64,000 nucleotides of DNA from Tubulanus polymorphus. Lineage: Eukaryota > Animalia > Nemertea. The stretch lies in NCBI RefSeq assembly GCF_964204645.1, contig NC_134027.1, positions 7,968,485 through 8,032,484 on the forward strand, written 5' to 3'. Made by a program: the position numbers and the translations under genes. This document shows, piece after piece, positions 51,730 through 64,000 of the stretch (position 1 is the stretch's first letter; every line of letters begins with the position of its first letter). A model generated the notes under the pieces. That model worked only from the letters and a program-made list of their open reading frames with translations, had not been told where the DNA came from and did not search any database.

Positions 51730-52015
51730 ACTTGGATTCAACACAGGACAACACGGAATCACTTTCTTGGATTCAGTACAGGACATCAAGAGAATCATTT
51801 CATGGATTAAGTACAGGACATCAATAATCACTGTTTTACATGTGAGACTTTCTCGGATTCAGCACAGGACATCAGGAGGATCAATTTATTGGATTCTGCA
51901 CAGGACACCAATATAATCACTTTCATGGATTAAGCACAGGACATCAGGAGAATCAATCTCTTGGATTCAGCACAGGACATCAGGAGAATCAATTTCTTGG
52001 TTCTTGCTCAGGATA
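51730..52015. repeat. ~33-bp degenerate minisatellite (ggattcagcacaggacatcaggagaatcaatttctt)
   Basis: About eight recognisable units containing cacaggaca. Confidence 0.85.
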
Positions 52016-55000
52016 ACACGAATCATTAAATGGAAATTCAAGATAAGTAACATTTACGTTTGTTTATGAGTTGTTGATTTGATTTAAGGGACCAGTTTTA
52101 TAGTGTTATAAACCATATTTTGAAATGAAATCACAGTGAGCTGTTGCATTTATATATTTGTTCAATCCATTCAAAATTCCCCTACTTATATCTGTGTATG
52201 TTAGTTCATGTGGGGTTAATTTGTTGGTTTACAGGTTTCCTAATTTTATTTCTTATCAATATGAAACTGGTCCCTGATGTCAATAACACAATTCTTATCG
52301 ATCGTGTTCTTTTGTCACAATCAGATTTGTATTTTAACAGTTATGATTACTGTAGATTTAATTGCTGTAGATTTAAGACTGATTGAATTGTTGTAGATAC
52401 ATGTAATATTGTGTACAGACACAGTTCCGATCGCTTGTATTACTTCATCCTGTGATTGAAGAGTGATTTGTTCTCTCATCTTCACTTTTCCCATCCGTCT
52501 AAGTAAAACATCGTAACAATTCAACTCACCTAACCGCGGGGTTTGGGGAAGGGTGGGTAGGGTTGGGGGGAGGTAGGGGTAGGGGAGGGTGGGAGGGATG
52601 GGGTGAGGGAGGGCGGGAGGGATGGGGTGAGGGAGGGAGGGCGGGAGGGATGGGATCTGGGAGGACGGGAGGGATGGGATCTGGGAGGGCAGGAGGGATG
52701 GGACGAGGGAGGGCGGGAGGGATGGGATCTGGGAGGGCGAGAGGATGGGATCTGGGAGGGCGGGGATCTGGGAGGGCAGGAGCGAATGGCGGGAGGGATG
52801 GGGTCTTGGCGGGTGGGAAGAGGTGAGGGGAGGATAGGGTAGTGGTCTAGGTGGGTGTTGGTTCAGGGTTCAGGTAGTAGGTTGGTGGTAGTTAATTCTT
52901 TCGTCTTTAACTACAGGATATTTCAGAAAATGTATCCCATCTTTTCATTTTTTCTAATAACCAATAGGATTGATAAGTATAAAACGCCTTTACTCTTATG
53001 CATCCCCACGCGAGACTGGATACGTCGCGTTACAATAACATTGTAGACATATTGCCCCAGATTTTTGAATGGGGACTTTACAGTAACTCTGGTCAATTCA
53101 TGGTGGCCACGAATGAGTTATTTTTTGAGTAACAGTAACTGCTACCTGGCTGTGACCGATATACAGCTCAATGAGCAACTCAGTTATAACAATTGCGTAC
53201 ACGTAACGATGACTATTGATACCTGGTGGTACTGCTTCATTTTGATTACATTACCAGCAGCTTTCTGTACATTGTAGACGTCTTTGAAAATTGTCTACGA
53301 GTGTTGAAATGCAGTCACGTATTTTTTCACAGTCATTTCTGCTTCCTCATCGGCTGCAGATTCGAAGACAGATCTACTCTTCATTTTTGAAGAAGAGTAT
53401 GGAACTCATCAGAATAGAGATTGGTATTGTAATCCTATTTTCAGATATTCCCTATTCTTATTCCTATATTCTATATTCCTATTTTTAGGATTTTTAGATA
53501 TCTTCATTTTCCTTCAGCAGTATGCGGCACAGATATCACTTTTTGAAGATAGATATCCTTAGTAATTATATGTTATCCTAGTGTTTTCAAACAGATAGGA
53601 CACATTTTCTGAATTACCGTACAATTCATAGGTGGAACAATGATGACACGAATTGACTAACACAGAGAGACTATTGTTTTGCCATAGATAGGTTGTAGAA
53701 TTATCTATACCGTATACCAGAAGATAATTCAAGTAAGGGGATGGTATCAGTGACGGATACTAAAGGCTTCCCTAAGGAAAAGATGAAAACTATACATGTT
53801 TCTAGTGTTGGAAATGAAGTGAATGAATTTTCTTTATTCGGGTTTGCCCGGTTATTTCTCGCTATATGATTTAGCCTCGAGCCAAAAAATCTCGGATAGA
53901 TAGAATGGTAGTCATTTTTATGGGAATTCTGTATATTTTGACTCGTTTACTTACTACAGATGAAAGATTTTTTTTCTTTGTGGCAGTTATTCTATTTTAC
54001 CATTTTTCACGATCATGTCAGTTTATGAATGTTACTTAAAACTCCACAGTTTATATTTTGAATTGTATCAGTGCGTCACTTTTTCAGTTTATATACGCAG
54101 CTCAGACTTGATCAAAGCATCATTTCAGACTCTAATTAGTGCATTGTTTTTTATTTAATTAGTAAATTATTCCTTACTTTGTTAATGAGTACGTAGATTT
54201 TGAACCCATTCGGTGTATGATATTTTACTCTGTACCTGTGATCATATGGTCGGAGATCATGCGTCTGATCAGTTCAAACGCTCCTTTTAAAAAATGCAAC
54301 GTTATACTGGTATATGTTTACTTGTTCAGCTGTGACCATTTTTGGCTTAAAAACTGCTCCACGTGTGCGTAATATATGAAACATTCTAAACTATTCTTGA
54401 AGAGCACCTCAGCCTTTGATCGTCACCACTGCCGGCTAAACCATCAATTTTTGATTACGTCATTTTCTGACTTCAAGATTATAAACTATAGATGCGGGTA
54501 TCAATCTATGCTTTATGTATATTTCAAAAATTTCTCCTTTGATTGAAATCTAGTGTCAGCTTTAGTTATCTAATCAGGGCCATGAAACTAATCAACCTTG
54601 TAAGAGGGCCATGAGCCAAATTTATCCTCGGGTTATCAAACCAAGCTATGAACGAACATCTATGGTCCCGTACCAAGAACTTTGAACTAAATTTACCCTC
54701 CGTGGTCTCCAAACAACTCAATATTCTCCAAACCATGGCCATGAACTAAACTCTGTCTCCAGCTCAGCTCTCTATGGTCTCCAAACCATAAACCAAACTT
54801 TTACTATTTGCTCACCAAATCAGGACCATGAATGAAAAGTCTATTTAGGAACAGAATTTATTTATGTTGTCTTCATAAAGAATCTATTCGTGAATGAAAT
54901 GATTTACGTGGAATTGATGTCATTGTTAAGGAAAGAATCATTTGTAGACAATATTCGTATATCAGTGCTGCTCTACTACTGGCTTTATATTGGCATCTGT

Positions 55001-55156
55001 GAGTGATTCTCTAAATCAACTATCATATCTTTTTATATCACGATTTTTTTTGCTGTTTGTCTCTACAAGATTAAACTTGATCCCAGTCGGATCTGACGAG
55101 GGCCAGTGGAAAGAAATAAGAAAAGCCATATAAAAAAAAAGAATATGAAGCGAACA

Positions 55157-55441
55157 GAGTGGGGTCCGAGGGCAATTGAAAGGTTTAGTGTCCTGCTTGC
55201 TAAGATGGCGGGCAGGGGTCTATTCCTACCTCGACTCAAGAAAAGAAAAAACATAAAGAGAGTGGGTTCAGAGAGCAATTCGAAGGTTTAGTGTCCTGCT
55301 GGCTTACAAAGCGGGCAGTGTCTATTCCAACATCGACTCAAGAAAAAGAAAAAATATAAAGAGTGGGGTCCGAGAGCAATTCGAAGGTTTAGTGTCCTGC
55401 TGGCTTAGCGAGCGGGCAGGGGATTATTCCTACCTCGACTC
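55157..55441. repeat. Three tandem ~81-nt hairpin-forming units separated by A-rich linkers
   Basis: Units at 55157-55237, 55260-55339 and 55361-55441; period ~102 bp. Confidence 0.9.
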
Positions 55442-55692
55442 ATAAACATAAAGCACTGAATATCAGAAAAAAAACTCTCTGTGTACTGAAATGTTCGCAT
55501 AAAAAAGAAAAAAGAGAATGAAGAAAGAAAAAGGGTATATATGATGAAATATGGCCTGAGTTTTGTCCGCTGGGTTTAAGTGTAACAATCAAATATTTTG
55601 TAAAAATTAGTAATTATCATCAATGGGATTCATAAAACAACTTGCTGATATAAAGCCTCTAGTAGATGGTCTGGATATGTCTCATCTGACTA

Positions 55693-55941
55693 CTAACTGT
55701 CATTGGTTTCATAATTAGAGTGATGACTTATTGAATTCGTGAGGCAACATAAATATAGCCTTATCTTTTGATCTATCTGAATCAGCCATGATTCTTTTCC
55801 TCGGTATCTGTTTGCCTTCCTCGCAATATTGTGAGTGTTGAGGTTCTGTTTGATCCAGGTGAACCCTCCACACCTCCCTCCCTTACAACATCGTTTGCTG
55901 AGGTTTTTAAGCTTGTTTTGATAATCGGGAGATAAACACAA
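55693..55941 (-). mobile_element. Decayed non-LTR retrotransposon APE-endonuclease fragment
   Basis: PDYQ...GGRCGGFTWIKQNL...ESWLIQI...LYLCC resembles the LINE EN segment GRGGGVxxYIKxxL...ExxWxxI. Confidence 0.45.
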
Positions 55942-56949
55942 CTCAAACTCACCCCTTTCATTCGAAAATTAGATCAGTTAACAGAAACTTAAATCGATTT
56001 AAACATTCCCCAACATGATATATTATTGTCATATAGATACTAATTGAGGGACAATGAAATACTAGAAAGGAATGATTTGAATGAATTCCTCAATTGATAA
56101 AGAGATCATCTGTAAAAATGAGGCCATGTCATTTTCAAGGCCGTGATTCGTTTGTGAACTTGGTCATTATTTGAATCACTCTGGATCAATGATGTTATTG
56201 ATAAAGGATTTCGAATTGTTTATGAAATTGATATGATCGTGAAAAATGGCAACTCGTCATGGAGTTATTGTAGAGTTGAGTGGTGGCAAAGGAAGAGACA
56301 GAGAGCTTATAGAGGGGTGAGGGAGAGCGGGAGGGAAGGGGTCTGGGAGGGGGAGGGAAGGGGTGAGGGAGGGTGGGAGGGAAGGGGTCTGGGAGGGGGG
56401 AGGGAAGGGGTGAGGGAGGGTGGGAGGGAAGGGGTCTGGGAGGGCGGGAGGGAAGGGGTCTGGGAGGGTCGGGACGGGAGGTTAGATGAGTTGAAGTGTT
56501 ACGATGTTTTAGTTAGACTGATGGGAATAGTGAAGATGAGCGAACAAATCACTGTTCAATCACAGGATGAAGTAATGCAGTGGTCTGAACTCTGTATCTA
56601 TGCACAATAGTACATGTATCTGCGACTATTCATTCAATCTGAAATCTACAGCTGTGAAATCTACAGTAATCGTGTGTCTCATTGATTGAGAACTTTGAGA
56701 TGTTTCTTGCTCTATTTTCACTGATTATTGTTTCTTTTTCTTTTTAGAATGAAATATGCGCAATACACGCAGCACCAGCAGCTTCAAAAATTCATCAATA
56801 GATAGATTTGTGGTTAGTTTGTACACCTCAACATCGAAATTCAATAGGCCCTACAGAACTGAGGAAAATTGTGAGTTTTTGATTAAGTTTGAAACTGCTA
56901 TTATTTCACAACAACTTATCGGTTATTATTTACGCTTCTATACAACGTT

Positions 56950-59115
56950 TGTTTTTTAGAGGCCAAAATGAACTCCAAAGAAATGGTGAGTTCTCTATCG
57001 ATTTATTGCAGTAATTTGTGGTGATTTATCAATACTAAACTGTTATCATTTTCGTCCGGGTTCAATAGATTTATCTTCAAATGAAGTCCGGAAAATTGTG
57101 GGTTTTATAGGTCAATGCCAGCAGATATCAATGCTTTCCTAGAGGACAATCTAAAGCTACCATCAGACCCCACTGAAATCTGCATACACTCAACACAAAG
57201 TCATAACTCAAGGTTGGTTTTCTGTCAACCCAACACAAACAAGCTGCAGTTTCAATTTACGTATATCACTAATCATTATCCTGGCATAATTTTCTCTTTC
57301 CAGATTGCAGCTGTAAAAAATCAAGAATATTCACCCTCACGTAATGAAGAAGCTCGTTGTTGAAGCTGCTATTTAGAAGAAACTTAAGTAATTTTCTCTA
57401 CTCAACCTGGTACTCACTTGTCATACAACTGTACAGTTCCATCATTCAAGTATTCGTTCTTTTTTCAGGAAATCGTCAGTGCTCTTAGATAAGTGCCTTT
57501 TTCACTATGAAGACAATTTCCAGCTGGACTTCACTTTCAAGAGCCAAAATGTCAGAAGCTAATCCGACACTAGTTTGGAAATTATTCTATGCAGTATGTT
57601 TATGTGTGATTCTCTGGAAATCTTTGTAAGAAATGCAGCTGCTGTATCCTCAATCAAAACTACGGAAATATTGTGAACAATGTGCTACAATAATAAAAGT
57701 AAGAAAAATAGTAATTTTCAAATCAGCAGACACACACGCGATGTCTCTTTATTTCACTTATCAATTTTCTGACTTATCAATTACTTATCAATGACAAAAC
57801 AAGCAAAACAAGCGGAACCCATAACAAATTTGTGAACAGTAAACGTTGCGAATTCACTGAACATTTGTTAATGATGGATATCGCTTTAGATCCTCAAAAC
57901 AGGTACCAGTATATATCTCAGATATATCGCAGATTCCAGACTGTATACTTGCTGCTGTTTGACTGTAAATGTCAGTTCCTGATTAAGAAATGTTTTCTTT
58001 TTATGACCATCCAGTTCCACACATAGAATGAATGCTTTTGAGCTTGAAACAATCGAGAATTTGAAATCTCCCTCCAGAATTAAACAACACCATGGAACTA
58101 CATTAATCAGTGAAAGGTGAATTTTCAATCACTTCTTTGCTTGTAAGTTAGCATAATCAACGTTTTCATCATTTTCATATATTTATTTCCTCAGAGGAGA
58201 GATACTCTATACAGTATTTTTATTTTAGGGGCCAAAATGAAGCTGTTCCTTCTGCAAACAATAGATATTGCGCTCCACGAATCAAATACAATTTAGAAGT
58301 GGTGAGTTTTCTATCAATCTATTGCAGTAATTTGTCGTGATTTATCATTTAAAAACTACCGGTATATTCATCATTTTTGTCCGGTTTCAATAGATTTAGT
58401 TTCAAATCAAGTTAGGAAAATGGTTGGTTTTTGATCAGTTGATGTTAGCAGGTATCAATGCTTTCCTAGACGACAGTCTATAGCTACCATCAGACCCCAG
58501 AAATCTGCATACACTCAACACATTGTCATAAAGGTGGGTTTTCTGTCAATCGAACACAAACATGTTGCAGTTTCTGTTAATTTCACTAATTATTTTCTGG
58601 CATAATTTTCTCATTCCAGAATGCTATCGATACACCCAAAACAAATTGCAGCTGTAAAAAGTCAAGAATATTCACCCGTCAAATAATGAAGAAGCTCGTT
58701 GTTGAAGCTGTTATTATTTTTTGAAGAAACTAAGTAATTTTCTCTACACAATACAACCTGGAAAATCTTGCTTGTTAAACATTTGTACCGTTCAATTACT
58801 TATATATTCATTTTTTCAGGAAATCATCAGTGCTTTTAACTTAAAGTCAGTGGCTCCTGGAAGTTCAATCGTGCTGGAAATGGTGAGTTTGCACTAATTT
58901 GATAGTAACCTAACAATTACTAATTCTATACAGAATTGTAATGTGTGATTCTCTCGAAATAAATTGTAAGAAGTGCGGCTGCTGCATGCCCAAACAAATC
59001 TACTAGAAATACTGTGGACAATATGCTACAATAATCAAAACAAGTAAGGAATCAAACAATTTTCAGAATAGCAGACTCACTCGTGATGCCTCTTTATTTT
59101 GATAATCAATTTTCT
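56950..59115 (+). repeat. Diverged direct duplication (~56950-57770 vs ~58220-59115) retaining splice-like signals
   Basis: Collinear shared blocks: tttag.ggccaaaatgaa, ggtgagtt.tctatc.at.tattgcagtaatttgt, attgcagctgtaaaaa.tcaagaatattcaccc, aatgaagaagctcgttgttgaagctg, ttttttcaggaaatc.tcagtgct, atgtgtgattctct.gaaat. Confidence 0.85.
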
Positions 59116-60581
59116 GTTTACAGAATAAAATCCACGCAGCACCAGAATTAACAGCTTAAAGGACCTGGTTGAATTTTTACCTCGAACATATTGCTAGATC
59201 CTCCTCACACGCAGCCTATCAATTCTGCAAACAAGTGAGACGAAAGCTGTGAGTTTTAATCTGAAACTGCTCTTATTCCATATCGAATTAAAAGTGATAA
59301 AGGCGTTCATGACTTTCATAGATTTACTTTTTCAGCAATGGGAAGTGGGAACCTATGAAGTAAAAACGCAGATCATCTGGAGGCATCTTACATTTTCGTG
59401 TAGTAGAATGGAGGACTCAAGTCTTAATAATGGTTGGTCATCAAATACAACTGGAGGAGGATCAATCATTTCGAATGTAGTATTTCACAAAATACGTCAC
59501 CAAAAATTGGGTTTATTGTTGGTGAAGTGTACGCCATCTGTTAGGGACAGGGACCAATGCGCCATCTACTCTTCTTGGAGCTGTCAATCAATAATCAATT
59601 CAGAGATCTGCAATTTTATATGATTATTTTATGTTTTAAGACAAATGAATATTGTTCAATTTTACCGGCCGGTATGAGGAGGCCATAATTGTTGTTCTGT
59701 TCGTGATGGTTTCATAGACTCCCCCCCCCCCCCATTTGTCTCGCAAAGCTGTATCGTCATTTTTGCGAATAGAATAGAAAGTGAAGAGTAAGTGAAGAAA
59801 TAACTAGAGCAACATACGCACAAAATAACAAAACCTCTCAACCTATGCACAAAATAACCTACTCTCTACTTTTCAATTAACTTGTTCTTCCCTCTATATT
59901 TTCTACTGCTCTAGTTATTTCTTCACACCAGACGGGGATCTCTAGTGAGATTCCAAAACATCGTCTCTTTCGATTTCTGATTATAATTCTAAAAATGTAC
60001 GTATATACCCCCGGTATATATATTGGGTTTTATTCTTATTGAAACTGATAATTGAAATTGAAGATAAATTAATGATGTGCTTTCTGATATGGATCAAGGG
60101 CATGAGACGTTTTACGCCCTCCGTGTAACTGACCCCAGGGCCCGGTTCCACTTTTTGTTCTGGGTGAACTTGTGTGGTACAATATTGTAAATTGACTTAT
60201 TTTGTACGATGTGCCAAGACATGTCCCACAATCAAAAACCAAAAATTCGAAATATCAATAAGTTTTTTGTTATGGGACTTGGCCTTGATTTTGTATGAAC
60301 TGTTGTATGGTTTTATTCGAAATAATAAATATTCATTTTCTCCGTCGTTCTAGCTCTAGTGATTACAACAGACGCCAGCAGTTTCACAGGCTCTGGGTCA
60401 CACATAAATTACATCCCACAGGTTCAGTTTCATAAAAATGATTTACTCAACAATTGGATTAGATAAACTGAATCGAGTAAAGCTTTATGAAACCGGGCAC
60501 AGGTCCAGTTTCACAAAACAATTCAAATGTGTTTGACCGTAATTCATATTTTAAAATTTATAATGTTTTGTGAGACGGATC

Positions 60582-60699
60582 CAGGGGCCAGTTGCAGTGG
60601 CTTTAATCCAAAAGTCATTAATCTCACTTACTTGGCAAACTATGACAGTCTTAGACTGGTGTTAAACGTAAAGCCACGGCTGTGCAACTGATACCCCTG
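60582..60699. mobile_element. Short MITE (caggggccagttgca...tgcaactgatacccctg) amid a cluster of related TIR fragments (60135-60580)
   Basis: Imperfect terminal inverted repeats; neighbouring caggtccagtttca/tgaaaccgggc motifs. Confidence 0.55.
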
Positions 60700-61867
60700 A
60701 TATTAACTTCTCTATTTATTACTCGATTTGTGAAACTGCAAGCTTCTAAAACACCAATTTTTTAAACATTTTTATACACTTTTCGTTTTAACGCTACGTT
60801 TAAACCAGCTTTTCGAAACGAAAAGTTCATTTAACGTCTTTTTAGACGGTACGTATTTGCTTTAACGTCTTTTTGGTTTTAACGTGCGTTTTCTTTTTGA
60901 CGCTACGTTCGAACCATCTTTTCCAAAGTGGCGTTAGAACGAATAAGATCACGCTAAAAAAAAATTGATTTTTACGTGGTTTTAAAACGAAAAACTAGTC
61001 TTAACGATACGTTTAAACGAAAAATGTGGTATTAGAAAGAAAAATTGGTGGAGATCAAGTGTCATCCCATTAATTCTTCTTAATGTGGCCCTAATCAGCC
61101 ACCTCACGAACCCAAATCCTACCCAGAAGTGAAATCCAGCACAGAATTGATTAACACGATGTAAAATCGATTAACAGTCAACCGCGATACGCCACCCACA
61201 TCGGTGCAGAACCATTTTGGCGTTATAGAGAGTATGGCGGTGTATCGGGGGTGACCGGAAGTCGAGCCTGGCACACGGGTACGGACAGAACTGTGCCCCA
61301 TGCCACTCTTATGTCACTGTTTTCCTTTTTTGTTTCACCATGGACTTTAAAATGAGAGTCCATGAGTCGTTTTAGAGTCCATGATCATTTATGAACCCCT
61401 GTTAAACGTGAAGTTTTCGTTGACCGGCCCCCGCCGGCCCGGTGCCGGCGCACTTGCATGGGCGTACCCACGCTGGTAGTGCGGGTTTAAGGGTCTGATA
61501 TTTCGTTTATAGCGATCGAATATCATAATTTTGATTATGTTACAACTCAAGGGAAAATGAAATTATTGTTGCTATTTCAGATTATTCACCTTGTGTCCAT
61601 CCCGCTTTAAGGATGAATAAAGTTGATTTGATTTTAATTACTAATTACTGCCTAAACACATCTCAGTGCAATCCAGAAATTTCGTTCATATCCGTGATTT
61701 ACGCCGCACCGCGTGCGTTGTAGCCATTTTCCCAATAATAAATAGGACACCAAATATTCACTTTTTAGGTCGAATCGCGACGTAAATCGCACGAAAATGG
61801 CTTCGTGAGGGTTATGTAAGTGATAGAAATTATGACTTTTGTGTTTTCAAGCGTAAAGGAAATAATG

Positions 61868-61966
61868 TCCCCTGACGGGATTCGAGGCGATCTACTCCAG
61901 CCCAAGCATTCATTCAAACGCGCTTGGCGCTCTATCCTCTTCTTCCTACACTTGGGGTTCGAGTCC
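61868..61966. promoter_or_regulatory. Degenerate tRNA-like remnant (minus strand) abutting a perfect B-box (GGTTCGAGTCC, 61956-61966, plus strand)
   Basis: The minus strand reads ccccaagtgtagg...ggatagagcgccaagcg...gcttggg...cctcgaatcccgtcagggga. It lies downstream of a GTAAGT donor (61816) and upstream of the GTF3C1 acceptor (62583). Confidence 0.55.
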
Positions 61967-62605
61967 TGGGCCTAATCGTCCTGCTCGCCCTCAATCTACT
62001 CAGTACTGCACCATGAGTCAAAATCTTGCCCTAATTTCAAACATAGACATCACAAAGTCAAGCACTATGTTGTTGACTTACCTCCTCAAGTTTAAACAAT
62101 GTCAATATTTATTTAAGCTTTTAATAAATTAATGGCTTTTAGAGTCTATTTTTAAAGCCCAATTGAATCTCCTATTCCCACCCAATCCTAATCATCCAAG
62201 TCCAATTAACCATTTACCTAAAAGACAAGATTTATAAAGAAAGGGACTCAATCTACCGCTGAAAACTATTGTCTCAATGTAGACCCCGGAGTCTTTGAAA
62301 TGCAACCAAAAGACTTTCTATAGTGAAGATCACGAACTCAATGAAAAAACGGACGCTTTCAAATTTGAATTTTTACTAAAGGGGAAATCTAAATTTTGGC
62401 GAGTGGCGATAACTAGGTATGGCCAGTCATCAAGAGTTGGCTGTGCATGTACTATTATAGTAATCTGCTGGTGCAGTTATATGGTACCGGTAATATTTTT
62501 TGTGACTACTATGTACATATACTGGATTTCATTGTTATGTAGGGCTAGCGGTTTTAACTAATATACCAGTACATTTTTTTCAGATGATTAATAAATTCGT
62601 TAATC

Positions 62606-64000
62606 ATGGATTTTGTTGAACCATGTGTAGATGAAATTGCCTTAGAAGGCTTGGAGGGTAAGTAACATTTGAAAAGATCAATGTGCAGGCCTAGATGGTA
62701 TATGGACCTGTGCTTTAACTTCTAAGTTAGGTTTGGCGTATTGTTTCACTGAATGAGGATATCATCGATTGATTAGAAATGTCTTTATTTCAGGAATAAC
62801 GTTATCAGCGTTGTGGCAACGACTGGAGAGGAGATTACCGAAGTTTCCGTTGAGCATTGACGCGCAATCGAAATCATTTATCTGGGCGAATGTGGCCAAA
62901 CATCCGGAACTAGAATTCTATGAACTGCCGGTGCCCAGGCCACCGTTAGTGATTTATGACCGATATGACTACTATGACGAAGAATCTGGATCTTACTATG
63001 AGCCGGTACGTAACTCTCTTACATGCGTATGGTTAGATAAGTAGATTCTAATAGGCTTCACAGGGGTGAATCCAAGGGCACACTGAATTGAAAAGCGCAA
63101 AGGCCTTTATACGTATACTGAAAGAGTGCAAGGTGTCCACCAAGAGCAAATGCGGAGCCAAAACAGTGGTGCATTCTAACGTAATATCCTGGCATTTTAG
63201 ATTAGTGACTAAGTTAAGTGTATAGACCTAAGTTGTCTGCAGCTGACTGCTGTTCTTGTATATTGCAAGTGGAAAAATTGCCCTATAAAGAATTGCTGTT
63301 GTTTTCAAAAACTCATGAGACAATTATTGAGACTAGTAGAGTCTGGTACGCTTCACATTTATATCATCTTGAACACTTCATTACCTATAGCATATAAATT
63401 TAAGCATTCTGTCTGTATTCATTAAGAGAGAGAGATCCAATTTTCACGAGATAGTTGAGAATGATAATTTCTGCGCGCGTGATTTCAGACGGAAGCACCA
63501 GATGATATTTATCCGGTCAACATAATAAACGAAGATGGCGTCAGAGGCTCGTGTTCGACTTATCAAGCTCGCAAAAAAGTTACCAATCTGATTCGCGATT
63601 ATCATGGTAACCTGCTGTGGATGTTACAAGAAGTGGAAGAGAGGTACATTTCTGTAAACCACAATTCTGCTGATGGTTGATTGATATAGATTGAATAATT
63701 GTGTTGTGATTATCATCTAGATGGGGCGAGTATTTGGTCGTAGTTGCTTCGCAAGAGCAAAGAAATTTGGCGTTGATGGGACCCGATGTGGATCCATTCT
63801 TGAAGTTGAAAGACATACAGTACTGTATCTTAGAACGAGTAGGGAGGTGAGTTCATGCTATTCAACTGTAATTATGATACTAGGGAGTTTACAACACATT
63901 AATGTGGTATGACACGCAGTTCTGTGCTTGCTTTTCTTTAGATCGCGCTGGAATGGCGAACTTGTTACCGGAATCGTCAGTTTAAACGTCTTCAAACAAT
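62606..64000 (+). CDS. GTF3C1: General transcription factor IIIC subunit 1 (B-box binding subunit), 5' part
   Basis: Exons 62606-62657, 62794-63005, 63489-63642, 63721-63846 and 63942 onward: [28 protein letters not shown]...FPL...IW...HPELEFYE...DIYPV...GVRGSC...[15 protein letters not shown]...[16 protein letters not shown]. Runs off the window. Confidence 0.95.

Larger units (their letters stand above)
52347..56670. repeat. ~190-bp inverted repeat pair (52347-52536 / 56479-56670), each adjoining a G-rich 24-bp array (52537-52856, 56313-56478)
   Basis: attactgtagattt...catcgtaacaattcaactcacctaacc versus ggttagatgagttgaagtgttacgatg...aaatctacagtaat. G units are gggagggcgggagggatgggatct and gggagggcgggagggaaggggtct. 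Confidence 0.85.

Noticed and set aside
51730-52015. Repeat arrays here and at 50174 or 55157 as CRISPR
   Set aside because: Eukaryotic context, degenerate units without unique spacers, no cas genes.
52563-52842. Gly/Arg-rich ORFs (also 56233-56610)
   Set aside because: Products of G-rich tandem arrays.
55092-55190. CTGACGA as a hammerhead ribozyme core
   Set aside because: No properly placed stem II plus GAAA and cleavage triplet could be assembled.

Overview
Compact, gene-dense invertebrate animal genomic DNA: AT-rich, short GT-AG introns, probably lophotrochozoan (inference only). Genes were reconstructed by hand across splice sites. They are: a small secreted Kunitz protein (-); a 14-exon SLC6 catecholamine/octopamine-type transporter (+) with an intron-containing tRNA-Tyr nested antisense in intron 1; seryl-tRNA synthetase (+); a PTP-PEST family phosphatase (-); a Pox neuro gene that appears to encode only the PAI half of the paired domain (+); two paralogous six-exon secreted Cys-containing proteins of an unrecognised, possibly ependymin/LolA-fold family (-), plus a pseudogene copy; two TMEM121B/CECR6-like membrane proteins plus a truncated copy (+); selenoprotein K with an in-frame UGA, a form-2 SECIS and a hairpin just after the stop (+); an RPUSD3-like pseudouridine synthase lacking the catalytic Asp (-); a 5.3-kb Mutator-like transposon with a PHD exon; and the 5' end of GTF3C1 (+), which carries a perfect B-box in a putative first intron. 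The 24.8-38.2 kb region is a nested tandem segmental duplication. The 50-61 kb region is gene-poor and repeat-rich. No database searches were run, so all family calls rest on recognised motifs.
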